The notes under the pieces were generated by a model. It worked only from the letters and a program-made list of their open reading frames with translations. It did not search any database and was not told the origin of the DNA. Of a DNA stretch of 64,000 nt, positions 37,458 through 45,840 are shown in pieces. Position 1 is the first letter of the stretch. Every line of letters starts with the position of its first letter. Made by a program: the position numbers and the translations under genes. Where the stretch lies: the NCBI GenBank assembly GCA_039683275.1, contig JBDKRP010000130.1:839-64838 (forward strand), read 5' to 3'. Source of the DNA: Methanoregulaceae archaeon (lineage in GTDB: Archaea > Halobacteriota > Methanomicrobia > Methanomicrobiales > Methanospirillaceae).

Positions 37458-37475
37458 GGCACAATCAGCTACCGG
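37458..37475 (-). promoter_or_regulatory. Conserved motif CCGGTAG-N6-GTGCC upstream of cassette copy 2
   Basis: The plus strand reads GGCACAATCAGCTACCGG. On the minus strand the motif ends 36 nt before the ATG at 37421. Confidence 0.35.
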
Positions 37476-37685
37476 TTGAAACAGGGCAGGTACGGGCAGG
37501 ACCAGGTTTTTCCTGGAATTGTGCCCCGGTTTCGTGCGCATCCGGATCCTGCTATAAGAATCATCCGGCACAGTCCTCTTCTTCAGGTTTTTCCGGTAGA
37601 GACCTGTGCGAGAACTGCTTTTGTATCCCCCGCTGCATCAGGATCAACCCCACGTTCCGGACTAGCCCGGACAGGAGTACACTAC

Positions 37686-38603
37686 ATGATCGAACTGGAA
37701 CATCTCACAAAAGAATACGGAGGTATCCCTGCAATACGGGACCTCACGCTCAGGATCGGGCCCGGGGAGATCTTCGGGCTGCTCGGGCCGAACGGCGCCG
37801 GGAAAAGTACGACCATCCTGATGCTGATCGGCCTCATCGAACCGACCTCGGGCCGGTGCCTTGTCGAAGGCATCGATGTCGCCCGCGATCCCCGGGGGGT
37901 CAAGCAGCGGATAGGGTACATGCCCGAGGATGTCGGGTTTTACGGTACGCTCTCGGCGGAAGAGAACCTCCTGTATTTCGGCAGGCTGTACCGGATGGAC
38001 CCTGCCCGACTCATGAACCGGATCCAGGAGCTCCTCACGCTCACCGGCCTCGAAGGAGTCGCAAAACCTGTCGGGGGCTATTCCAAGGGAATGCGCCAGC
38101 GGCTCGGGCTTGTAAAAGCTCTCCTGAACGATCCCCCGGTGGTAATCCTCGACGAACCGACCGCAAACCTGGACCCGAAAGGGGTTGCCGATTACCGGGC
38201 GATTGTCGCGGGTGTTGCAGAACAGGGAAAGACCGTGATCGTCTCCACCCATATCCTCGGTGAAGTCAGCAGGGTCTGCACTACCCTCGGGATTCTCTCA
38301 TCGGGGAACCTGGTTGCCCACGGAACCTGGGAGGATCTCGGGAAGAAAGCCAGGGACGGAAATTCCGGATCGGTAACTATCCTTCTTGAGACCCGGGATC
38401 CCCTTCCCGAGCTCGATCACCCGGCAATCGCAGGAGTTGCGTACAGGGACGGCCGACTCGGGGCAACGGTGACCGCAGCGGCTGATATCAGGGACGACCT
38501 TTACGACCATCTTTCGAGCCGGGGAATCCGGATCCGGGAAATCAGCTGCAGGGAACGATCCCTCGAAGAGGTCTTCCTTTCGTACTACCAGGTGGCGGGG
38601 TGA
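37686..38603 (+). CDS. ABC transporter ATP-binding protein (ABC-2 / NosF-like)
   Basis: ORF trimmed to MIELEHLTKEYGG.... It has Walker A GPNGAGKST, signature YSKGMRQRL and Walker B VVILDEPT. Confidence 0.9.
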   Translation: MIELEHLTKEYGGIPAIRDLTLRIGPGEIFGLLGPNGAGKSTTILMLIGLIEPTSGRCLVEGIDVARDPRGVKQRIGYMPEDVGFYGTLSAEENLLYFGRLYRMDPARLMNRIQELLTLTGLEGVAKPVGGYSKGMRQRLGLVKALLNDPPVVILDEPTANLDPKGVADYRAIVAGVAEQGKTVIVSTHILGEVSRVCTTLGILSSGNLVAHGTWEDLGKKARDGNSGSVTILLETRDPLPELDHPAIAGVAYRDGRLGATVTAAADIRDDLYDHLSSRGIRIREISCRERSLEEVFLSYYQVAG

Positions 38604-39712
38604 TGGCAATGCAGGGTTCGGGTCTCATGACCATAGCACGAAAGGAGTTTTTCGACCATGTCAGGAGCAGGAAATTCCTCCTGATCCTCGGGATATTCCT
38701 CGTGATCGCAGTTGTCGGGATCATTTCCGGGGTTGCAGATTACAATAAGAGCCTCTCCACCTACAACGAGCGGATCTCGGTTGCGTCCACCTCGCCAACA
38801 CCTGATACCATGGGGGAAAAGCCTTCCATCCTCTCTGTCTTTTCGAGTGTTTCTACCTACATCGTCTTCCTGGGGGCGATTCTCGGGGTAGCAATGGGAT
38901 TCGATCTCGTTACCAAGGAGAAAGAGAGTAAATCCCTCAAGATCCTGCTCTCCCACCCGGTATACCGGGACGAAGTGATCAACGGGAAAGCGCTCGGGAG
39001 TATTGCGGCACTCGTGCTTGCTCTTGGGATCGTCCTCGTGCTCTGCCTCGCTGCTCTTCTGGTCTGCGGCATCATCCCAGATCCATCCGAGCTCTCCCTT
39101 ATAGGAGTCTTCGGGATAGTCTCCTTTCTCTTCATCTTCTCGTACTTTGCAATTGCGCTCTTCATGTCCACCATCTCAGAAGAGAGCGGGAGCGCGCTCA
39201 TCTACACGCTCATCATCTTCATCGCCCTCTCGTCGCTCCTCCCGATGCTGGCAAACGATACGGTTATGGAAACCCTGACCGGATCGCCTCCCGAGTTCCC
39301 CCGGCAGCTCATAGACCAAATGCAAACGCAGGGAAACACGACAAAATCTGTCTCGATCACTTTCGATTCTTCCGGAAACGACCCTGCATGGCAGGAATAT
39401 TCATCAAAACTGAACACATACTGGGAGAAACGCCAGGCCCTGACCGATACCATCTCGCTCTTCTCTCCGACTATGAACTACAAGAAGGTCAGTTCTTCAG
39501 TAACAAATACAGAATCCGGGAATGTTCTCTTCAGCGGGAGCGGAGACGGGATTGGAATTTCCACCACATCCTTCACAAAAGCGGGATTCCAGTCGGTCAA
39601 CGTTCAGAATATCGTGGCAGATAATCTCGAGAACATCCTTGCCCTTCTTATCTTCCCGATCCTCTTCTTCGGGCTGAGCTACCTCCGGTTCATGCGTCTC
39701 GATGTGAGGTAA
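38600..39712 (+). CDS. ABC-2 family permease (NosY-like) with large extracytoplasmic loop
   Basis: 370 aa. Its start overlaps the ATPase stop (4 nt). There are six TM segments with a loop of about 110 aa before the last TM. Confidence 0.8.
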   Translation: MMAMQGSGLMTIARKEFFDHVRSRKFLLILGIFLVIAVVGIISGVADYNKSLSTYNERISVASTSPTPDTMGEKPSILSVFSSVSTYIVFLGAILGVAMGFDLVTKEKESKSLKILLSHPVYRDEVINGKALGSIAALVLALGIVLVLCLAALLVCGIIPDPSELSLIGVFGIVSFLFIFSYFAIALFMSTISEESGSALIYTLIIFIALSSLLPMLANDTVMETLTGSPPEFPRQLIDQMQTQGNTTKSVSITFDSSGNDPAWQEYSSKLNTYWEKRQALTDTISLFSPTMNYKKVSSSVTNTESGNVLFSGSGDGIGISTTSFTKAGFQSVNVQNIVADNLENILALLIFPILFFGLSYLRFMRLDVR

Positions 39713-39723
39713 CTGGGGGGACC

Positions 39724-41187
39724 ATGCAGAGCATCGATCACGGGAAAAACCCCCTCCTCATTTTCATACTCCTCGCGATCACGCTGGCCCTTGTTCACCT
39801 CACCCCGCCGGCTTCCGCAGAACAGACATTCTCCCCGGATACCGCAATCGTCATCAGCTGCAACTCCCCTGCAAAGGTGGTCGAAGCAGGGGAGACCGCG
39901 TCCTTCGAACTGGAGGTCACGAATAATGGACAGGAAATCAACCAGAAACTCTGGTTTGAATCGTTCTATGCCAAGAAGTACGAGTGGGATGTGATCTTCC
40001 GGGACGGAAATACCCGGATCTACAAGATCGCACCGGGAACGGGCGAGGTCATGAAGATCAATGTCTCGGTCGAGACCGATTCCTTCTCCCCGGTCGGGGA
40101 GTACCCGATCCGGATCCATATCGGCTCCGGTTATTACTGGGTATATGTCACCATATCAAAGACCCACACCGGGGAGAAAGGAACCCTGAAACTGAATATC
40201 GTAGATAAAGACGGGGCAAAGATCCAGGGAGCAAAGATCACCCTGCTCCGGACCGATGAATCATCGCCTCCGGATCGGGTCATGAGCACGGCTGACGGGA
40301 CGGTCTCAACAGAACTCGACCAGGGGGAATACGACCTCACGATAGAAAAAGCGGGGTACAAGAGCGCTGACAGGAAAGACATCCGGATCCGCGGCGGCAT
40401 CACGACAGATGCCGGGACCGTAATGCTGGAAAAGGATCTCTTTGCAGCAGAAGTTACCGTGAAAACACCCTCCATCACGACCACGATCAGTACCAATCCG
40501 AAGTATTCCTTTGTCATCCGGAATATCGGGAGAAGCGACGACACCTATCATCTTGGAATAGATACTCCTCCGGCAGGCTGGTATTTCCGGTTCCGCGACA
40601 GCACGAACACCGGAACGGATATCTCGGAGATTTTCATAAAGGACGGGGAAGAAAAGGAACTCACAATGGAAGCGATTCCCCCGTACGGAACCCGGGCCGA
40701 CGACTATTTCTTCACGCTCGCAGTCGATTCCTCCCGGGAGGTATACCGCGAGAACCTGAGCGCTGCGATTAAAGGCGACTACGATCTCCGGGTCTATGCC
40801 GGACAGTACCAGTATGATGTGAACAAGGGGGGAACCTTGGATTTCCCGCTCACGATCTCGAATGCAGGAACGGCCGGGGCACTCACGAATATCAAAGTCT
40901 CGATCTCAGCTCCGGACGGATGGAACGCAGACGTCGACCCGGAAACGATAGCGGGAATCGAACCCGGGGTGTCCGCAAAAGTGAATGTCCGGATAGTCCC
41001 TCCTGCGGATATCGTCGCAAGCGATTACAAGGTTAACGTGAAGGTGGTATCGGACCAGACCGAGAAAAGCGACGATTTCCGGGTTGTCGTTCACGAACAG
41101 TCTTTCTTCACAATCCTCGGGATAGGTATCATCGTCTTGATAGGAGGCGGGGTCTATCTTGCATTCCGGAAATATAACCGTCGATAA
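39724..41187 (+). CDS. Cell-surface protein with repeated beta-sandwich (NEW3/CARDB-like, carboxypeptidase-regulatory-like) domains and C-terminal TM anchor (COG1470-like)
   Basis: 487 aa with signal peptide LLIFILLAITLALVHLTPPASA. It has repeated motifs of the type GETASFELEVTNNG / GGTLDFPLTISNAG and a C-terminal anchor FFTILGIGIIVLIGGGVYLAFRKYNRR. Confidence 0.7.
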   Translation: MQSIDHGKNPLLIFILLAITLALVHLTPPASAEQTFSPDTAIVISCNSPAKVVEAGETASFELEVTNNGQEINQKLWFESFYAKKYEWDVIFRDGNTRIYKIAPGTGEVMKINVSVETDSFSPVGEYPIRIHIGSGYYWVYVTISKTHTGEKGTLKLNIVDKDGAKIQGAKITLLRTDESSPPDRVMSTADGTVSTELDQGEYDLTIEKAGYKSADRKDIRIRGGITTDAGTVMLEKDLFAAEVTVKTPSITTTISTNPKYSFVIRNIGRSDDTYHLGIDTPPAGWYFRFRDSTNTGTDISEIFIKDGEEKELTMEAIPPYGTRADDYFFTLAVDSSREVYRENLSAAIKGDYDLRVYAGQYQYDVNKGGTLDFPLTISNAGTAGALTNIKVSISAPDGWNADVDPETIAGIEPGVSAKVNVRIVPPADIVASDYKVNVKVVSDQTEKSDDFRVVVHEQSFFTILGIGIIVLIGGGVYLAFRKYNRR

Positions 41188-41388
41188 CACCGGTTGAGGG
41201 CCGGGCCTTCCATAAAAGGAATTCCTGGGGAAGGTACCGAAAACCTTCCCGGGAGGAATTTTCCGGCCCGAACATCAGCCGTTTCTCTCCTTGCCGGGAC
41301 CAGCAACTTTATGCCCAAACCAGCAACAAGATAAGATCAAATATATTTTATCCCAAAGACTGAATGAATTACCCGGAGGTGCCACGCA

Positions 41389-41592
41389 ATGCTGAAGATC
41401 CGCAAGAACAAACCCGCAATATCAGCCACCGCCAAACCGCAGCGGGAAGTGCGCAGGCTGAACCTCAACCGCACCTACGTCCCGCTCAAGATCGGGGTTG
41501 TTGTAGGGTACATCCTGATTGCGATGTTCTCTGCATCGACATCGATGTTCGGGATGCTGGTTGGATTTGTGATCCGGCTCGCCGGGCTGTGA
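41389..41592 (+). CDS. Small membrane protein (67 aa), basic N-terminus + hydrophobic C-terminus
   Basis: It is preceded by an AT-rich TATA-like ATATATTT (41341-41348) and the SD GGAGGT (41375-41380). I recognised no family. Confidence 0.45.
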   Translation: MLKIRKNKPAISATAKPQREVRRLNLNRTYVPLKIGVVVGYILIAMFSASTSMFGMLVGFVIRLAGL

Positions 41593-41637
41593 ATCTGAAC
41601 CGGGTCCGCCCTTCTTTTGAGACGGCCCTTTCGCACG

Positions 41638-41853
41638 TTACACGTACGCGAGAAACCCGAGCGTTCCGTGAATCAGGGCAACGGCAATCGTGCATTTCGC
41701 GAGGGTGACATGCCACTCGAACGGGATCTCCTTTCCTTTCAGGTACAGGAACCCGGCTGTCGCTGTCGACAGGAGAAGGATCAGGGTAGTGGCTCCCAGG
41801 TACATGAGGAGCGACTTGCCAAAAATGAGATAATAGGAGATTTCCTGGAACAT
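41638..41853 (-). CDS. Small two-TM membrane protein (71 aa) downstream of the cupredoxin gene
   Basis: It starts 11 nt after the cupredoxin stop. Two hydrophobic helices carry His residues (EWHVTL, ALIHGTL). Confidence 0.5.
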   Translation of the reverse strand: MFQEISYYLIFGKSLLMYLGATTLILLLSTATAGFLYLKGKEIPFEWHVTLAKCTIAVALIHGTLGFLAYV

Positions 41854-41864
41854 AGGACCCGGTA

Positions 41865-42401
41865 TCAGTTGTACTGGGGAACTCCCACAATGGAGGCCCC
41901 ATTCTCCACAACGATCTTCCCCTTCATTGAAGGGTGATAGGTGCAGATATAATCAAAGGTGCCCACATCGCCGAATGTGTAACTGAATTCCTGGCCTTTG
42001 ATGAGATCCCCGGACTGGAACATCCCGGATGCATTCCCGGTTGCAGAGACTGCATGGACAGTAGTATCCTCGTTCCGCCACGTAATCTGGGTTCCCGGGA
42101 GGACCGTGAGAGTGGAAGGGACGAAGGTAAAGTTCCTGATATACACTGTCGTCTGGGTAGTCTGAGGCGTTGCCGTCGGTACCACTGTTCCCCAGGCGGG
42201 AGTTCCTGCCACGGTCCCGGTTGCAATAACCGGGGTCGCCGTTGCAATGGCCGATGCCGTAGTTGGCGCTGCCGGTGCGGCAGTTGCCGGAACCGTTGCA
42301 GGTGTTGCCGCTGACGAAGGAGTTCCTGTCTGGGTGCACCCGGCCGCAAGAGCAAGTGCTATCAGGATACCAAGAACAAGACAAATTGAGCGAAACTGCA
42401 T
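41865..42401 (-). CDS. Type-1 (blue) copper protein, cupredoxin fold, predicted lipoprotein with Thr/Pro/Ala-rich linker
   Basis: ORF trimmed to MQFRSICLVLGILIALALAAGC (lipobox-like). It has a low-complexity linker of about 60 aa. The Cu ligands are in classical spacing: TVHAVS ... YICTYHPSM (His, Cys-x2-His-x2-Met). Confidence 0.8.
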   Translation of the reverse strand: MQFRSICLVLGILIALALAAGCTQTGTPSSAATPATVPATAAPAAPTTASAIATATPVIATGTVAGTPAWGTVVPTATPQTTQTTVYIRNFTFVPSTLTVLPGTQITWRNEDTTVHAVSATGNASGMFQSGDLIKGQEFSYTFGDVGTFDYICTYHPSMKGKIVVENGASIVGVPQYN

Positions 42402-42562
42402 ACAGGTGACTAACGTCATCACGGTACTTAAAACCTGGCTTATCTTATATCCCGCCATTTCCCAGGACGGAAAGGAGATCCTGAACGGCAGGTATCGTTC
42501 CCCATACCGCTTATTTATATCAGCCCCCGGGAAAACGGGATATAACGGAGCGTGAACGCCAT

Positions 42563-43186
42563 ATGCCAGCACAAAAAAGGAAAAAAGTCCCGGTAAAGAA
42601 AGTCATCATCCTGAACGGCAGCCCAAGGCCGAAGGGAAATACCGCCCAGATAGCCGGGGAATGCGCAAAAGTCATCCAGGCGGAGGGCGTGAAAACCGAG
42701 GTTATATCCCTTGCAGGAAAGAGAATCCAATCCTGCATTGCCTGCTATAAATGCCGGGAGAAAGGGAAATGTATCCTGGATGATGGCCTGAATGAGATCA
42801 TTGAGAAGATCCGGAAGGCTGACGGTTTCATCGTCGCATCCCCTGTCTACTTCGGGACGGCACGGGGCGATGTTATGGCAGCCCTCCAGCGTATCGGGTT
42901 TGTCTCGATGTCCACGGATCGGTTCCTGTCCTGGAAGGTTGGAGGGCCGATTGCCATCGCACGACGGGGCGGCCATACCTCAACCATCCAGGAGATGCTG
43001 ATGTTCTTCTTCATCAACGAGATGATTGTAGTCGGGTCCAACTACTGGAACATGGTCTTCGGCCTCCAGCCGGGGGAGGTCTGGAAAGACGACGAGGGAA
43101 TCGCTACGATCCGGCTCTTTGCCGCGAATGTAGCGAGTCTTGTAAAACAGGTCGAGCGGCCGGATCGCATCGATACCATTTCCTGA
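42563..43186 (+). CDS. Iron-sulfur flavoprotein-like NADPH-dependent FMN reductase
   Basis: 207 aa with VIILNGSPRPKGNT and Isf-type Cys motif CIACYKCREKGKC (Cx2Cx2Cx5C). Its stop overlaps the next start (TGATG). Confidence 0.8.
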   Translation: MPAQKRKKVPVKKVIILNGSPRPKGNTAQIAGECAKVIQAEGVKTEVISLAGKRIQSCIACYKCREKGKCILDDGLNEIIEKIRKADGFIVASPVYFGTARGDVMAALQRIGFVSMSTDRFLSWKVGGPIAIARRGGHTSTIQEMLMFFFINEMIVVGSNYWNMVFGLQPGEVWKDDEGIATIRLFAANVASLVKQVERPDRIDTIS

Positions 43187-44172
43187 TGACGAAAGGCGTC
43201 ATTGAAGTCAGGGATCTCCGGCACGCATACGGCGATTTCATCGCAGTTGACGGCATCGGTTTCAGCGTGTGGGAGGGCGAGATCTTCTCATTCCTGGGCC
43301 CGAACGGGGCCGGAAAGAGCACGGCGATCAACCTGCTCATAACGCTTCTTTCCATCCAGTCCGGTTCGGCTGAAATCGCAGGGTTCGATGTGGCGCAGGA
43401 ACCCTCGCGGGTCAGGGAGTCCCTCGGGATCGTCTTCCAGGAGGTAACGCTCGACCGGGACATGACGGTCCGGGAGACCTTGGAATTCCATGGCATGCTG
43501 TACAACATGGACCGGGACGACAGGAAAAAACGGATCGATGAACTTCTCGCTCTCGTCCAGCTGGAAGGGAAGCGGGACACCCTGACAAAGCATCTCTCAG
43601 GCGGGATGAAACGGAGACTGGAGATCGCCCGGGGGCTCATGACCCGCCCAAAGGTCCTCTTCCTCGATGAGCCGACGATAGGCCTCGATCCCCAGACCCG
43701 GATGCGGATGTGGGATTACATCCGGAACGTAAACCGGGAGGGGACCACCATCTTTCTCACCACCCATTACATGGACGAAGCCGACCAGCTCAGCGACCGG
43801 ATCAGTATCATCGACCATGGGAAGATCATTGTAACCGGGACCCCGGCAGAACTCAAGAATACCCTTGGGAAGGATCTCCTTTATTTCGAGACCAGCGACA
43901 ACATAATGGCCGCGACTGTCCTGCAGGAATTCCCGGCAGTCCGGACGGTTACCGATAAGGCAAGCGGATTTGTCGTCAGGGTGAGCGAAGATGGGACGCA
44001 CCTCCTTCCTGACATGATGGAACGGCTGATTGCAGAGAAAATCGAGGTCACAACGGTGAATATGAAAAAGCCATCCATGGACGATGTTTTCCTGCATTAT
44101 ACAGGAAAAGAGATCCGGGATGAAGAAACCGGGAAACGGGTCATCCCCAATATCAGACCGGGAGGCCGTTGA
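43186..44172 (+). CDS. ABC transporter ATP-binding protein (DrrA-like)
   Basis: 328 aa with Walker A GPNGAGKST, signature LSGGMKRRLEIA and Walker B VLFLDEPT. Confidence 0.9.
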   Translation: MTKGVIEVRDLRHAYGDFIAVDGIGFSVWEGEIFSFLGPNGAGKSTAINLLITLLSIQSGSAEIAGFDVAQEPSRVRESLGIVFQEVTLDRDMTVRETLEFHGMLYNMDRDDRKKRIDELLALVQLEGKRDTLTKHLSGGMKRRLEIARGLMTRPKVLFLDEPTIGLDPQTRMRMWDYIRNVNREGTTIFLTTHYMDEADQLSDRISIIDHGKIIVTGTPAELKNTLGKDLLYFETSDNIMAATVLQEFPAVRTVTDKASGFVVRVSEDGTHLLPDMMERLIAEKIEVTTVNMKKPSMDDVFLHYTGKEIRDEETGKRVIPNIRPGGR

Positions 44173-45009
44173 ATGACGCCCGGGTTCTACACCGTTTACT
44201 GGCGGGACATGATCCGGTTCTTCCGGTTCAAAACGCTCCTTTTCTCATCCCTGCTCCAGCCAGCCATCTGGCTTGCCTTCTTCGGAATAGCAATGGCAGC
44301 AAACTTCGATCAGCTATATACCGGGATCCCGGTCCCTGCCGGAGTCACTCAGGTCGGGTATCTCACCTTCATGGGAGCAGGAGTAATTGCAATGACAACC
44401 CTTTTTACAAGCCTTTTTGGGGGAATTGTCATCCTTTTTGATAAGAACTGGGGGCTGATGCGTGAGATCCTGGCAAGTCCGCTGCGCAGGGAAAGCATCA
44501 TCGCAGGTCTCGGTCTCTCCGGGGTCACAAAGTCCATCATCCAGGCGATTATCATCATGGGTTTCGGGATGCTTATAGGGGTCGGGTTTTTTCCCGGGTT
44601 CCCCTCCCTCCGGATCCTCATCTCAATCTTCGGGATTCTCGCATTTGTCTCGATCTTTGCAATCGGGTTCATCTTCTTCTCGTCAGCTATTGCTGTCTCA
44701 ATGGAGAGCCCGGAAGGACTCCAGGGGGTTATCACGCTTCTTACAATGCCGATCTTCTTTGCAAGCAACGCCCTGTACCCGACTTCGGCGTTTCCCGAGA
44801 TCCTGCGGATCATCTCAGTCTACAACCCGCTGACCTACCTGATCAACGGTATCCGGTATTTTGCGATCGGGGACCGGTTCATGGCGCTTGGCACAGAATA
44901 TACGTTCACTCCGGCAGATATCGTCATCTCATTCGGTGCCCTTGTCATCTTTGCCATCCTGATGTTTCTCCTTGCCCTCTGGCGGTTCCGGAAAGCAGTG
45001 GTCACGTAA
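44173..45009 (+). CDS. ABC-2 type exporter permease
   Basis: 278 aa with six TM segments. It is directly contiguous with the ATPase gene. Confidence 0.85.
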   Translation: MTPGFYTVYWRDMIRFFRFKTLLFSSLLQPAIWLAFFGIAMAANFDQLYTGIPVPAGVTQVGYLTFMGAGVIAMTTLFTSLFGGIVILFDKNWGLMREILASPLRRESIIAGLGLSGVTKSIIQAIIIMGFGMLIGVGFFPGFPSLRILISIFGILAFVSIFAIGFIFFSSAIAVSMESPEGLQGVITLLTMPIFFASNALYPTSAFPEILRIISVYNPLTYLINGIRYFAIGDRFMALGTEYTFTPADIVISFGALVIFAILMFLLALWRFRKAVVT

Positions 45010-45031
45010 AACACAGACAGGAAGAAGATTC

Positions 45032-45754
45032 ATGTTCATTTTCGCCCATCTCTTTGTCGGCTGTACTATTGCATTCCTGCTTTCGCGGTGGTTTCGTGAC
45101 AAGCGGCTCCTCATCGTTGCCGCCATTGCCGCAATTCTTCCGGATATCCTGGATAAACCAGTCGGGCATATCCTCCTTGCGGGATCTCTCAACAACGGGA
45201 GGATTTTCTTCCATGGTCTCCTCGGAATAGCAACGATCCTCATCATCGTAATTCTCATCTGGAGAATCCGCATTCTCTGGATTATCCCGGCAGTCATCGC
45301 AGGCCTCCTTTCTCACCAGCTGCTCGATGCCATGTGGGAGGAGCCGGTCACCTGGTATTTCCCGCTTTTCGGCCCGTTTCAGCCTGCACTGAACCCGGAT
45401 TATTTTATGAGCCGTCTCCTTGCCGAGATAACGAACCCCTCCGAGTGGCTTCTCTTTTTTTCCTGCATTCTTCTTGTTTCCTCTTGGTTCGCTGCCTGGC
45501 CTGGGACCGGGGTTCCGGTACCTCGCATCCCATACTTCGGAACGATCTCTGGGATAGTTGCCGGAGTATTCCTCGCGGGCGGAATCTATTCCCTTGCAAC
45601 CGGTCTTGCGGGATCCGGAAATATCCTGACCCGGTTTTCGTCTCCCGTGGACAACCTGATTATGGCAGCTCTGCTTCTCTGGGGCGGCATCATCTTCCTG
45701 GAACTGCAGGCAGGGCATCTCCTCCCGCAACAAAATGAAAAAGGACCTCTATAG
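45032..45754 (+). CDS. Membrane-bound metal-dependent hydrolase (YdjM/DUF457-like)
   Basis: ORF trimmed to MFIFAHLFVGCTIAF.... It has the His motifs FFHGLLG and SHQLLDAMW, and is multi-TM. Confidence 0.7.
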   Translation: MFIFAHLFVGCTIAFLLSRWFRDKRLLIVAAIAAILPDILDKPVGHILLAGSLNNGRIFFHGLLGIATILIIVILIWRIRILWIIPAVIAGLLSHQLLDAMWEEPVTWYFPLFGPFQPALNPDYFMSRLLAEITNPSEWLLFFSCILLVSSWFAAWPGTGVPVPRIPYFGTISGIVAGVFLAGGIYSLATGLAGSGNILTRFSSPVDNLIMAALLLWGGIIFLELQAGHLLPQQNEKGPL

Positions 45755-45840
45755 GACAGAGCCGATCTCCGGGTAGCAATGGCCGGGAAAACCGGGTTTT
45801 CAATCCAGCCGTGAACCAGGAAAAAATGGGGAGACCCGTT

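Noticed and set aside
41924-42384. Several 126-143-aa ORFs in other frames and strands over the cupredoxin linker
   Set aside because: They are generated by the repetitive GC-rich tract encoding the Thr/Pro/Ala linker. The frame with the lipobox and copper ligands is the real one.
45002-45733. 243-aa minus-strand ORF opposite the YdjM-like gene
   Set aside because: The plus-strand product has the DUF457 His motifs and TM pattern. The minus ORF is charged, low-complexity sequence.
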